IMG/VR virus record: IMGVR_UViG_3300027956_000023
Coordinates: 1-37,201 of that record
DNA length: 37,201 bases
Direction: 5' to 3' (one strand)
DNA from: a virus
Taxonomy: Duplodnaviria > Caudoviricetes
The notes below the pieces were generated by a model. That model made no database searches. It worked only from the letters and a program-made list of their open reading frames with translations, and was not told where the DNA came from. Made by a program: the position numbers and the translations under genes. This document shows, in pieces, positions 25,001 to 33,292 of this stretch; position 1 is the stretch's first letter, and each line of letters opens with the position of its first letter.

Positions 25001-26377
25001 GGTCGCCGCGGATTCACCGAGGATGATCTTGCGACGATCGAGACCGAGTCTCTCAAGTCCATCTTTCAGCAGGACAACAAGGCTACCAAGGCTGTGGCCG
25101 GAATCAATCGGTTCATAAAGAATGAACTTGGGTCTACCGGTTACGTCCCATACCGCCTGATCTCGCTGTTCCAGAAGACTCCGATCAACGTAGCCGCAGA
25201 GGCTCTTCAGTTCACGCCTGCTGGTGCATTGCGAGATTGGGATAACATGACCCAGCGGGAAAAGAATATTGCCTATTCTCGCGTTCTCGTTGGAGCAATG
25301 GTCACCACAGCGTTCGGTTATCTCTACAGCAAGGGAATCATCACCCCAAACCTTGATACCGCTGGCGAGACCAACAAGGCTCGTGAGTTGGCCAAGGCTG
25401 GTGGCGTCATGCCTCCGGGTACGATCAACCTTTCGGCTCTAACTCGACTGGTAAACGGGAAGGATCCAAAGTTCCAAGGGGGAGATACCGTGGTCGATCT
25501 CTCGTCGCTCGGAACCGCGGGCGCATTGGGGATCATGGCTGGAACTTCTCTGCGCCAATTGGAGCGAGGACGCAGCAACGAAGAGGTAGCAACATCGCTC
25601 TTCAAGGCAGTTCCAACCTCTGGCCTCAGCTTTGTGATGGAGCAGCAGTTCCTCAAGGGAACCAGCGATTTCATCAAGCTCCTGTCGCAGGAATCCACCA
25701 ACTCGATGGATCGCTGGCTCAAGAGTCTCGCGGTTACCGCCGCGTCTCCTGTGGCTCCAGCCATCCTCGGTGCCGTGCGCCGCGCCGAACGCGACAAGCT
25801 CCCTGCAATCGGTGGCCAGAGCTTCATCAAGGATACGGTCGATGAACTCAATCAGCGGTACGCCGCCCTTGGGTTGGCCATCCCTGGTGTAAAGGATCCG
25901 AACGCCATGCCGGTGCGTCGCGACCTCTGGGGTTCTGCCGTGGAACAGACCCCGAAGGGAAGCAACCCGTGGGTGTACCAGTTCTTCAACGCATGGAAAG
26001 CGCGTGACATTGATGCCGATCCGCTCAACACCTCGATCTACACGATCTGGCGCAGGACCGCTGACAACAGCGCGATCCCATCGGTGCCAAGCCCCAGCCT
26101 GACTTGGAAGCAGAAGACCTACGATCGGATGTCGCCTGAGCAGTACGATCGCTACACCGAACTTGTTGGAAATTATCGCCGACTGCGAGCAGAACAGGAG
26201 TTTATGCGTCCCCGGTTCCAGCAGGGTGGTGACGAGCGAAAGCTCAAGCTCCTCCAACGCGCCTACGACGATGGCCTACTCATCGCCAAGAAGCAGTTCG
26301 TTCGAGAGCTGATCCAGTCCGGCCAAACCCTCACTCCAATCGCCGCCCGCCGGGGCTTCCAGCAGCCGTCCGAATAA
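22034..26377 (+). CDS. Large ejection / polyvalent protein with zincin-like metallopeptidase motif
   Basis: 1447 aa; Gly-rich N-terminal hydrophobic hairpin; TAIHEIGH (HExxH, 23420-23434) plus downstream EEG; helical C-terminal region with FxKTPIN and RRDLWG, like large polyvalent/ejection domains. Confidence 0.8.
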   Translation: MTKTQRDWLIENKLDPEVYDVDAEGNVFENPIMGKTEAGLRSAAASTVPSLAALPASVAGGKGGALLGAPFGPVGVLVGGGLGALSAGAAAAYATSKAQEALLERYSPETLQKLSQAQEEQPVASYIGGFAPTALTARPSLKGLSELARPLTRQATLREAITKPAFVEPAMNVAANVAQSTGQQIADVTQGGEFSGGQLAADIALGTLFNRPTRLGRKLGMAEGPQEGPVQNLDLEEARTRVGQQIDAERVAAEPAQIEPAQPKEEGDWWKSSAEPSADFINEKAARFKVDEFGNTIDALAKEPNANDITQTPEQVPNFIQNKYGESLQSTYESLSKINETSDKLIRGLAEEQMGEIQRSLARKKEAETLGFRDILPKANDAAQDIYDTVSGRLQRQGEGAKITQSDIDAAAQIAARRNLTIELDRPFAGSTEVRGMYLSDPKTGNRIVRVNPLMATADTAIHEIGHDVFQGVTNPSMRKSLLESAQDTPAYKSELLARAPEVQEGKITPKQAQEFALEEGLIQAFGEQIPNIKRSEIRSWFYAFKASTKQLLTGKVSPEDAIAWMHYATTESVPWKGVNAPKATEQRFQRPEEQKTRAFAGRVAEAEQLPTEVRETVGQSPEAQYTQQNVGEVVDRASSMSLSQLNADLADTSSNTRVASGMEIFGRQIRSGDVAGASSTALALAKSGTSWGQLINQFKLLNSSTPEGLVLLVQNSLANRNRKPMTAEQSQILLDAGNKLKLANDEVLAAGRVARDAFAANDLNTINKSLKQLDLADAKRSEVDAILNEQLAKINPADAADLFISMVQGSVMGPISIIRNVVGNAINYPLRELGDIGAALIDATFSKDKNNSYNRRARTIDRINAIYKSLPAATKTVLKGSNAMPYEPGTDIGNPLNFQRAWRRIAEDMAAGKIGSALSPRNLTEATIGILPDIMLRLTQATDIPFRQAERARIIGEIGRAKGLSEAQIQIAVRDPKLAFVTDVEAQRGRRGFTEDDLATIETESLKSIFQQDNKATKAVAGINRFIKNELGSTGYVPYRLISLFQKTPINVAAEALQFTPAGALRDWDNMTQREKNIAYSRVLVGAMVTTAFGYLYSKGIITPNLDTAGETNKARELAKAGGVMPPGTINLSALTRLVNGKDPKFQGGDTVVDLSSLGTAGALGIMAGTSLRQLERGRSNEEVATSLFKAVPTSGLSFVMEQQFLKGTSDFIKLLSQESTNSMDRWLKSLAVTAASPVAPAILGAVRRAERDKLPAIGGQSFIKDTVDELNQRYAALGLAIPGVKDPNAMPVRRDLWGSAVEQTPKGSNPWVYQFFNAWKARDIDADPLNTSIYTIWRRTADNSAIPSVPSPSLTWKQKTYDRMSPEQYDRYTELVGNYRRLRAEQEFMRPRFQQGGDERKLKLLQRAYDDGLLIAKKQFVRELIQSGQTLTPIAARRGFQQPSE

Positions 26378-26382
26378 AATTC

Positions 26383-26423
26383 GCAAGAATTCTCTTGCAC
26401 GTTTTGCGGCACGTCTCTACTTT
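26383..26423 (+). promoter_or_regulatory. sigma70-type promoter with overlapping palindromic operator for the replication operon
   Basis: TTGCAC (26395-26400), 17 nt, TACTTT (26418-26423); dyad GCAAGA-ATTC-TCTTGC (26383-26398); GTG start 7 nt after the -10. Confidence 0.7.
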
Positions 26424-26430
26424 CGACGAC

Positions 26431-26604
26431 GTGAGCGTGAAACTCCTGACAATCAAAGAGATCGCAACGGCTCTCGGGACTCATCCCGAGACCGTTCGTC
26501 GCTGGATCCGGGGAGGTAAGCTACCGGCCATGAAGGCCACCAAGCGCACGATCCGTGTCCGCTCTGACGTAATCGAAGAAATGCTACGGCAACAAAACCC
26601 ATGA
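26431..26604 (+). CDS. Excisionase-like HTH DNA-binding protein
   Basis: LLTIKEIATALGTHPETVRRWIRGGKLPA...IRV; start GTG 26431 (or 26437). Confidence 0.88.
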   Translation: MSVKLLTIKEIATALGTHPETVRRWIRGGKLPAMKATKRTIRVRSDVIEEMLRQQNP

Positions 26605-27392
26605 ACGCAATCGCAACGACAACCCCCCAGTCCTCCGACTCATCCTCGGAGATGTACAGTAAGATCCAAGATCCCATCACCGCCATCGAGAAGATGGGCG
26701 AGTGGATTGCTTCCAGCGGAATGCTGGGATGCACCAAGGTCGAACAAGGTAAACTCATCGCGTGGCAGTGCGCCGCCGAGAAGAAGACCCCGTTCGACTT
26801 CAAGCGCGAGTACCACATCATCAATGGTTCTCTCTCCATGCGCTCCGATGCCATGCTCGCCGGATACCGCGCCCGTGGTGGCAAGGTTCTCTGGAAGCAG
26901 TTCGATAGCCGCGCCGCGGTCGCCCTCTGGACCTACGACGGCAACTCCTGCGAGATCAGCTTCACCACGGAGGACGCAAAGCTCGCTGGCCTGCTTCCCG
27001 CCAAGGCGGGCTCTGGGTGGGCCAAGGATCCCTCCGCAATGCTCCGCGCTCGGTGCATCAGCAAAGCGGTTCGCATGCTCGCTCCTGAGGTTGTGGCCGG
27101 CATCTACACCCCGGAAGAGACCGAGGACTTCCAGCCTGCTATCGCGGAGGTTGCTGCCGCTCCCACCAAGAGCTTCGACATCACCGCCAAGCTCGAAGCC
27201 CTGTTCGAGTCCCGCGAGGAAGAGGTCAACGCCCTGCTCATCAAGGCTGGTCGTATTTCGGATATCCAAACCTTCCGCGATCTCCCCGATGCGGTCGCCT
27301 CCAAGTACATCGCCAAGCCCGACCTGATCCTCTCCAAGCTGCCTGTGATCGTCACCCCTGAGATCGCCACCACGGAGGTATCCAATGGTTGA
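26601..27392 (+). CDS. RecT/Redbeta-like single-strand annealing protein
   Basis: W...PSAMLRARCISKAVR...PEVVAGIYTPEE motif; adjacent to a RecE-like exonuclease. Confidence 0.78.
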   Translation: MNAIATTTPQSSDSSSEMYSKIQDPITAIEKMGEWIASSGMLGCTKVEQGKLIAWQCAAEKKTPFDFKREYHIINGSLSMRSDAMLAGYRARGGKVLWKQFDSRAAVALWTYDGNSCEISFTTEDAKLAGLLPAKAGSGWAKDPSAMLRARCISKAVRMLAPEVVAGIYTPEETEDFQPAIAEVAAAPTKSFDITAKLEALFESREEEVNALLIKAGRISDIQTFRDLPDAVASKYIAKPDLILSKLPVIVTPEIATTEVSNG

Positions 27393-28161
27393 TATCATCC
27401 ACGACATGCCCGCCGCGGATTACCACGCTGCGAAGGCACTCTCCAAGTCCGGCCTCGACCAGTTCCGCAAGTCCCCCGCTCACTTCCGCGCTTGGCAGGA
27501 TGGCAGGACCAAGAACGAAACCAGCCCCGCGCTGGAGTTCGGTTCCGCCGCTCACTGCGCTGTCCTGGAACCTGAGCGGTTCGTCATCACCTACAAGCTC
27601 TTCACCGGCGATCGCCGTACCAAGCAGGGTAAGGAGGACTACCAGCTTGTCATCGACAACGGATTCACTCCGCTCAACCAAGACCAGTGGGACAGCATCA
27701 CCGGTGTCGCCGCCGCGGTTCACGCCCATCCTGCTGCTTCTGGCCTACTGGATGGAATCAAAGCGGAGGTCTCGTACTTCACCGACTGGAAAGGCATCGA
27801 GGTCAAAGCCCGCATCGATGGCATCGGCAAGGACTACATCATCGACCTCAAAACCACTCAGGATGCGTCGCCAAGCGCGTTCGCTAAGTCCTGCGCTCAG
27901 TTCCGCTACCACGTCCAAGCCGCTTGGTACCAACGCATCACCGGCATCAATCGGTTCGTGTTCATCGCCGTTGAGAAGGAAGCTCCCTACGGTGTCGCCT
28001 GCTACGAGCTTGATCAGTTGGCCATCGATGTCGGACATTCAATCATCGATGAACAACTCAAGACATTCATCGAGTGCCAGGAACTGAACTCTTGGCCCTG
28101 CTACCCATCCACAACTCAAACCCTTTCGTTGCCCACATGGGCGATGCGTCAGTCCGAATAA
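27385..28161 (+). CDS. RecE / exonuclease VIII-like PD-(D/E)XK nuclease
   Basis: YHA...LSKSGL, GSAAH...LEP, KARIDG...IIDLKTT, YHVQAAWY, FVFIAVEKEAPY. Confidence 0.92.
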   Translation: MVDIIHDMPAADYHAAKALSKSGLDQFRKSPAHFRAWQDGRTKNETSPALEFGSAAHCAVLEPERFVITYKLFTGDRRTKQGKEDYQLVIDNGFTPLNQDQWDSITGVAAAVHAHPAASGLLDGIKAEVSYFTDWKGIEVKARIDGIGKDYIIDLKTTQDASPSAFAKSCAQFRYHVQAAWYQRITGINRFVFIAVEKEAPYGVACYELDQLAIDVGHSIIDEQLKTFIECQELNSWPCYPSTTQTLSLPTWAMRQSE

Positions 28162-28179
28162 CAAACACAACACAACACC

Positions 28180-28599
28180 ATGAAATTCACAGTCGATCGT
28201 TCACAAGCCGAAGTTAAGCCGTTCGCCAGCCCCGGCGAATACATCGTCACCGTCAACTCCTGCAAGGATGACAACCTCGATAAGAACGGGAACCCCGTCT
28301 GCATCCTGCGCTTTAAGGGTGGCAACGGAGAGGTCATCAGCGACCGCTTCGTCCTCAAGGATACCATGATGTGGCGGCTTCAGGCCCTCATCTCTGCCAC
28401 CGAGGCGAACATCAGCGATGGCGATGAGTTCGACTTCTCCATTGGCGGCGCGTTCTTCCGCTTCCTTCAGGGGTTCGTTGGACTCCAGTTGGTGGTCGTC
28501 CTCGAAGAGGAGAAGTACACTGACAAGCAAGGAGCCGAACAGGTTACACTCCGCGTGAAACGAATGAAGAAGGTTCCGGTGGATGTCGATGACATCTAA
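28180..28599 (+). CDS. DUF669-like single-stranded DNA-binding protein
   Basis: PGEYIVTV, KNGNP, WRL, acidic C-terminus; typical position after a recombination pair. Confidence 0.75.
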   Translation: MKFTVDRSQAEVKPFASPGEYIVTVNSCKDDNLDKNGNPVCILRFKGGNGEVISDRFVLKDTMMWRLQALISATEANISDGDEFDFSIGGAFFRFLQGFVGLQLVVVLEEEKYTDKQGAEQVTLRVKRMKKVPVDVDDI

Positions 28600-28614
28600 A
28601 TCCTGAAACGAAAG

Positions 28615-28642
28615 CCCCCCGGAGAGTGCAAGCTCCGGGGGG
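28615..28642. promoter_or_regulatory. Strong GC hairpin between SSB and helicase (attenuator, processing site or minus-strand terminator)
   Basis: CCCCCCGGAG-AGTGCAAG-CTCCGGGGGG; no U-tract on +, CTTTCGTTT follows on the minus strand. Confidence 0.55.
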
Positions 28643-28687
28643 TGACAACGAGTCCGTAACAAACAATACAGAGCGCAACGACACGCT

Positions 28688-29806
28688 ATGCAGACCAAGA
28701 ATCATCCCGAAATCGTTCCGACGCAAGCCTTTCTGCTTCGTCCCTACCAACAACGAGCAGTCGAGTGGGCCAAGAGTAGCGATGGACTCATCATCGCCCC
28801 TGCTGGATGCGGCAAGACAGTCATCGCTTCCTCCATCATCAAGCACTATCACCATTTGAATCCTGATTGGTCGTTTGGTTGGACAGCTCCAACACGCGAA
28901 ACATGTGAGCAAGCTCGCGCATCGTTGAGAGCCGCCGGAATTCCGGATGGCATTGTGGATATTCGTTGTCCGCATGAGTCGGTAGACTTTAGTAAGAAGA
29001 ATCTTTTAGTAGTTGACGAATCGAAACACAGCCCTGCCCGTGTTCTTCGAGCAATTATTGAGTCATGCAATGGTCTACGCTACGGTTTCGATGCCACCCC
29101 TTGGTCCGATGATCCAGAGCGCAACGCCATCCTTCGCAACCTATTTCGCAACAACCAGTTCGAGATCAAGCGCGAGGAACTGGGCAATGTTCTGGCCCAC
29201 GCGACCGTGTACATGAGTTCGGCCACTGACTTCCTGATCCAGCAGAAGATCGATGACCACATCGAGAAGCTCTTCACCGAGCGCAAGCGGTACATGCGGA
29301 TCAGCCAGCCGGAACTCCGAGCCATGTGCGCTTGGGAGGCGATCACCGAGATCGGTATCTGCGGGAACAAGCAACGCAACGCCGCGGCGATCATGTTTGC
29401 AAACTGCGGTGGTCATTCTCCAACGCTCGTTCTTGTTCCTAGGGTAACCCTCGGGGAGGAATACGCCAAAGCGATCGGCGACGCCGTACTCGTCTACTCC
29501 AAGATGTCCAAGAAGGCGCGGCGCGAGGCGATGGAGGAGTTCAAGGCCGGAAACATCAATACCATGATCGCCACTTCGCTGGCCGATGAGGGACTTGACC
29601 TTCCCAACGTCGAGACGCTCGTAATGGTGTCTGGAGGCCGATCCGCACAGAAAACGATCCAGCGGGCCAGCCGTGCGCTGCGGCGGTCACCAGGTAAGGA
29701 CCAAGCGTTCATCCACGACTTCAAGGATAACTTCCACCCGCTCGCTCAGGCTCACGCCAACAAGCGAATCAAATGCTACAAGGAACTTGGCTGCACGATC
29801 CCATGA
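28688..29806 (+). CDS. Superfamily 2 (SSL2/ResIII-like) helicase
   Basis: LRPYQ, APAGCGKT, VVDESKH, DATP, DEGLDLP, IQRASRALR. Confidence 0.92.
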   Translation: MQTKNHPEIVPTQAFLLRPYQQRAVEWAKSSDGLIIAPAGCGKTVIASSIIKHYHHLNPDWSFGWTAPTRETCEQARASLRAAGIPDGIVDIRCPHESVDFSKKNLLVVDESKHSPARVLRAIIESCNGLRYGFDATPWSDDPERNAILRNLFRNNQFEIKREELGNVLAHATVYMSSATDFLIQQKIDDHIEKLFTERKRYMRISQPELRAMCAWEAITEIGICGNKQRNAAAIMFANCGGHSPTLVLVPRVTLGEEYAKAIGDAVLVYSKMSKKARREAMEEFKAGNINTMIATSLADEGLDLPNVETLVMVSGGRSAQKTIQRASRALRRSPGKDQAFIHDFKDNFHPLAQAHANKRIKCYKELGCTIP

Positions 29807-29937
29807 ACACCGCCCTGACCATCATGGGCATGGCCATCCTCCTGCCTCTCTGTGTGATCGCCGGGATCTATGTAGGCCACTCTCTCACCATTAAATCACA
29901 ACAAACCAATGACAAACAAAACAATCGTAGCCTGTGA
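29803..29937 (+). CDS. Small membrane protein, 44 aa (MNTALTIMGMAILLPLCVIAGIYVG...)
   Basis: Hand-translated; ATGA overlap with helicase stop; N-terminal TM segment. Confidence 0.6.
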   Translation: MNTALTIMGMAILLPLCVIAGIYVGHSLTIKSQQTNDKQNNRSL

Positions 29938-30367
29938 CCCAGGCGTGAACGGCGGGTTCGCAATTCATACCAAGGACGGGATCCTCCTGTTCGCAATGCC
30001 CGAGTCCTTACCGGATATGGCGCAACTACTAAGCGGATTCAAATTAGCAGATAGCCATCTCTGGATTGAGAAGGTCCCCAAGTTCGTGTCAAAGCTGACT
30101 CCTGCTGCTTCGGTCGCCACCCTGCATGAGAACTACGGCATCATCCAAGGACTGGCCTACTCTCTTGGCTACGCCCTACACCGCGTGGAACCCAAGATCT
30201 GGCAGGATCCTCTTGGACTCGGTGGAAAACGATCCTGCGCCAACTCCGCGGAATGGAAGCGCAAGCTCAAGAGCAAAGCCCAGGAACTATACCCGCACCT
30301 CGACGTGACGTTGAAGAACTGCGACGCCCTGCTGGTTCTCCACTACGCAACCGGAGGCGGTCGATGA
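29909..30367 (+). CDS. RuvC-like Holliday junction resolvase
   Basis: VACDPGVNGG, WIEKV, V-x-P-x-x-WQ, CDALLV acidic motifs. Confidence 0.85.
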   Translation: MTNKTIVACDPGVNGGFAIHTKDGILLFAMPESLPDMAQLLSGFKLADSHLWIEKVPKFVSKLTPAASVATLHENYGIIQGLAYSLGYALHRVEPKIWQDPLGLGGKRSCANSAEWKRKLKSKAQELYPHLDVTLKNCDALLVLHYATGGGR

Positions 30368-30528
30368 GTCAGCAGGCCAAGCGATTGATCAACGATGGTA
30401 CCGGGGTGTACCAGATGAGCAGAAGCCAAGCCGGTGAAATATATCGTGCAGCGAAGAAATTGAAGAAATATGAAATCAGCTATTGGAATAGGAATAAAAG
30501 GAACAAACAAACCCAAACGAAACCGTGA
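30364..30528 (+). CDS. Small basic hypothetical protein, 54 aa
   Basis: ATGA overlap at 30364 (MSQQAKRLIND...). Confidence 0.55.
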   Translation: MSQQAKRLINDGTGVYQMSRSQAGEIYRAAKKLKKYEISYWNRNKRNKQTQTKP

Positions 30529-30664
30529 TCTTGTTAAACACGTTTTAGTGTCACCAGATGTGCATGCTGAGTTAAAGGCATACGCAATCAAAAATGGATA
30601 TAGAACTCAGGGACTGGCAGATGAAGCAATTGCAGAATATCTAAAGAGACAGGAAACCAAATGA
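30470..30664 (+). CDS. Ribbon-helix-helix DNA-binding protein
   Basis: KHVLVSPDVHAELKAYAIKNG...LADEAIAEYL pattern. Confidence 0.75.
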   Translation: MKSAIGIGIKGTNKPKRNRDLVKHVLVSPDVHAELKAYAIKNGYRTQGLADEAIAEYLKRQETK

Positions 30665-31014
30665 ACATCGAAGAAACCAAAGAAGCCATCCGCATCATGC
30701 AGGCATTTGTGGACGGGAAGGAAGTGGAGTGGAATTATCGGGGGATTGAAAGATGGGAAACAATAATCTCACCCAAGTGGAATTGGATTGATAACGAATA
30801 CCGCATCAAACCCACCCCAACATTCCGCCCGTGGACTGCGGATGAGGTGCCGCTGGGTGCGTGGATGAGAATGAAGTCAGACAGAGAATACAGATTCCTG
30901 ATATCCAACACTGAAAGTTTTAGTGGTAGAGAACACTGGTTGGAAGATTTTGAACATAGCACCGACGGCGGTAAAACGTGGAAGGAGTGCGGGGTGATGG
31001 AGGAGGCGAAATGA
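30661..31014 (+). CDS. Accessory phage protein (GKEVE...P-x-WNW...YRIKP family)
   Basis: AFVDGKEVE, PKWNW, YRIKP, STDGGKTW; ends EEAK. Confidence 0.85.
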   Translation: MNIEETKEAIRIMQAFVDGKEVEWNYRGIERWETIISPKWNWIDNEYRIKPTPTFRPWTADEVPLGAWMRMKSDREYRFLISNTESFSGREHWLEDFEHSTDGGKTWKECGVMEEAK

Positions 31015-31175
31015 GCGAAGAACTATTGAACAAACTATTGGAATACATCGACGCAGCAATCGACGCGAAATCTGAACAAGCCAACTCTGAAGATGGAGGA
31101 TTGATTGAACAGCTTCGAAAATTTCGCGTAAGGGATGAACTGTTCAACCTAATTAAGAAGGAGGCCAAGCCGTGA
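31011..31175 (+). CDS. Accessory hypothetical protein, 54 aa
   Basis: GGAGG plus ATGA-coupled start; ends KEAKP. Confidence 0.75.
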   Translation: MSEELLNKLLEYIDAAIDAKSEQANSEDGGLIEQLRKFRVRDELFNLIKKEAKP

Positions 31176-31546
31176 AGTACCGCAAGAAACCAGTCGTCAT
31201 TGAAGCGACTCAATGGATGAGGCATGGCGATCATCCGTTGGACTACAGCAAAACGCACGATGGATTTGAGAACGGTGAATTGCGCCAGTTCTCTCCAGAG
31301 CATCGCAAGCAAATGCAGTGGGAGGGCGACATCGTGCGATACTACCGATTGCCCGGTGTGAACGGCATGACAAAGTGCAAGCATTGCAACCGGATCATGC
31401 ACGACCACGGTTGGATCGACACGCTGGAAGGTGGGCACATCGTCTGCCCCGGCGACTACATCATCACCGGAGTAAAGGGCGAACACTATCCGTGCAAGCC
31501 CGACATTTTCTGGAGGACCTATGAGATGGTGGAGGAATCGAAATGA
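31172..31546 (+). CDS. YRKKPVVIEA...PGDYII family phage protein with CxxC insertion
   Basis: YRKKPVVIEATQW, IDTLEG, PGDYIITGVKGEHYPCKPDIF. Confidence 0.88.
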   Translation: MKYRKKPVVIEATQWMRHGDHPLDYSKTHDGFENGELRQFSPEHRKQMQWEGDIVRYYRLPGVNGMTKCKHCNRIMHDHGWIDTLEGGHIVCPGDYIITGVKGEHYPCKPDIFWRTYEMVEESK

Positions 31547-31836
31547 GCGCACCAATCAACGACGGAGGACCGGCGTTTCCACATACAACGAAATGGGACG
31601 GAATTACTCCAGCAATCAATTACCATGGCATGACCCTGCGTCAATACGCTGCGATCAAACTACGCGTTCCAGCCAGCGGAACGGATTGGCTGGATGAGAT
31701 GATCCGCAAATCAAATCGCGACATCTTTGCGGCGCATGCAATCAACGAAGTGGGGTGGTATGAAAACATGGATAAGTCCGCAGCAATGGCATACCTCATC
31801 GCCGACGCGATGCTCAAAGCGAGGGAGGCGAAATGA
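31543..31836 (+). CDS. GGPAFP...GMTLR family phage protein
   Basis: NDGGPAFP, GMTLRQYAA, AYLIADAMLKAR. Confidence 0.85.
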   Translation: MSAPINDGGPAFPHTTKWDGITPAINYHGMTLRQYAAIKLRVPASGTDWLDEMIRKSNRDIFAAHAINEVGWYENMDKSAAMAYLIADAMLKAREAK

Positions 31837-32252
31837 GCGATACCCCAATATCAGACTCGACTCCTCACAACGTGGCCGAACTCGGCATGCTGTGCAGGAG
31901 GTTGGAACGCGAACTCAACGAAGCCAACAAAACAAACAGACTCCAATACGAACTGATAACGACCGCAGAAAAGCGTGGAGTAGATAAAAGTAAAGAGGAA
32001 CTCAACGCGGCCAATGAGCGCATTAAACGGCTGGAGGCAGTTGTCAACGACCCTCACGCCCTGTGGGCCAACTGGTTGCGTGGGAGCGTTGCTCTGCCGG
32101 TGGGCATCGGTGACGTAAGGGAGTATCAAGACCGCATCAAGCGGTTGGAGGCAGCGGGGGATGCGATGGAAAAGTATATCTTCGATCAAACCAACACTCG
32201 ATGGATTATATGCGCTGTTCAATGGCGCGAAGCCAAGGAGGCCAAGCTGTGA
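31833..32252 (+). CDS. Accessory coiled-coil protein
   Basis: SDTP start, RRLERELN, two RIKRLE modules, ends EAKEAKL. Confidence 0.8.
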   Translation: MSDTPISDSTPHNVAELGMLCRRLERELNEANKTNRLQYELITTAEKRGVDKSKEELNAANERIKRLEAVVNDPHALWANWLRGSVALPVGIGDVREYQDRIKRLEAAGDAMEKYIFDQTNTRWIICAVQWREAKEAKL

Positions 32253-32614
32253 AAACCGCACCAGACAAATGCCCGTTCTGCGAATCGCCGATCATGGTTC
32301 ACGGCGGGAACATACTGAGGTCGGATAACTGCGGATTCGCTACCTACGAATGCCGTACCGTTTACGATGTCGAACTAGCTGACAATCAATGGAAACGGGC
32401 AGAGCAATCTATGGCATGTAAGACTCGTGAAAATCAACTACTGACAAAGCAGCGTGATGAAGCTCGTGAGCGCATCAAGCGGCTGGAGGAGGCTTTGGAC
32501 TTAGTAGTACTTCACTGCTCATGGGTTCATCATTCAAAAAAACATCAACACAAATACGGCGAACCATGTCCGGTAGTTGCGTTGATTGAAAAAGCCAAGG
32601 AGGCCAAGCTATGA
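32249..32614 (+). CDS. Accessory protein with CPFC motif and coiled coil
   Basis: GTGA-coupled start; CPFC; ERIKRLE; ends KAKEAKL. Confidence 0.78.
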   Translation: MKTAPDKCPFCESPIMVHGGNILRSDNCGFATYECRTVYDVELADNQWKRAEQSMACKTRENQLLTKQRDEARERIKRLEEALDLVVLHCSWVHHSKKHQHKYGEPCPVVALIEKAKEAKL

Positions 32615-32814
32615 CACTTGAAGAACACCTTCGGTATATGGCTGAAGACCCTTTCGGGCCGTGTGACAAAAACTCACTACGCAAATTCGCACTCGATGTC
32701 CGCAAGCTGGAGGATCGGGTGAAACAACTGGAGCAGGAGAACGACGCATTGCGAGCGGATCTGCTGCTGTGGGACAAAGCTGGCATCGGATTTACCACGG
32801 AGGACAAGTCGTGA
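32611..32814 (+). CDS. Accessory coiled-coil protein, 67 aa
   Basis: ATGA-coupled; LEDRVKQLEQENDALR. Confidence 0.75.
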   Translation: MTLEEHLRYMAEDPFGPCDKNSLRKFALDVRKLEDRVKQLEQENDALRADLLLWDKAGIGFTTEDKS

Positions 32815-33092
32815 ACCTCAACGATTCCCAGCGCAAGCTCATCACCAACAGCATTTCCACTGTTTGGAAGGGAAAGCGCGAATGCCCGATCTGCATCCCC
32901 ACCACCGTTTGGAGCATTGGAACCGTCGTTGAGGTCCGAGAGTTCAACGAAGGCAATCACTGCCCCGGCGCTGCAATTACTCCGCTGATCCAAGTTCAGT
33001 GCAACAACTGTGGGTACACCGTGTTGTTCAACGCCATTGCATTGGGTGTCGTTGACCGAGACACCGGCAAGGTGAAGGAGGTGAAGCCGTGA
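32811..33092 (+). CDS. Zinc-ribbon protein, 93 aa
   Basis: GTGA-coupled; CPIC and CNNCGY pairs. Confidence 0.8.
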   Translation: MNLNDSQRKLITNSISTVWKGKRECPICIPTTVWSIGTVVEVREFNEGNHCPGAAITPLIQVQCNNCGYTVLFNAIALGVVDRDTGKVKEVKP

Positions 33093-33292
33093 AACGCTAC
33101 ACCCACATCGTATTGCGACGAATGCCTCCACTGAATGGATTCAGCATCAAGACTCCAGAAGGTAAGTTCCTAAGCGACATACGTCCACGGGGCATCGTGC
33201 GAGAACTCAATCGTCTCAACGACCGCATCAAAGAACTCGAAGCCAAAGTGGATGAACTCCACGACTTGGAGAAATGGTTGGAGGGAAGATGA
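33089..33292 (+). CDS. Accessory hypothetical protein, 67 aa
   Basis: GTGA-coupled; RELNRLNDRIKELE. Confidence 0.75.
   Translation: MKRYTHIVLRRMPPLNGFSIKTPEGKFLSDIRPRGIVRELNRLNDRIKELEAKVDELHDLEKWLEGR

Noticed and set aside
26431-26604. Temperate lifestyle / prophage inferred from the Xis-like gene
   Set aside because: No integrase, CI-like repressor, partition genes or flanking host genes; the ends join into a circle.
31002-33292. CRISPR array or integron attC interpretation of the junction repeats
   Set aside because: Spacing is gene-sized and irregular, repeats are non-palindromic and protein-coding, and no cas gene or integron integrase is present.
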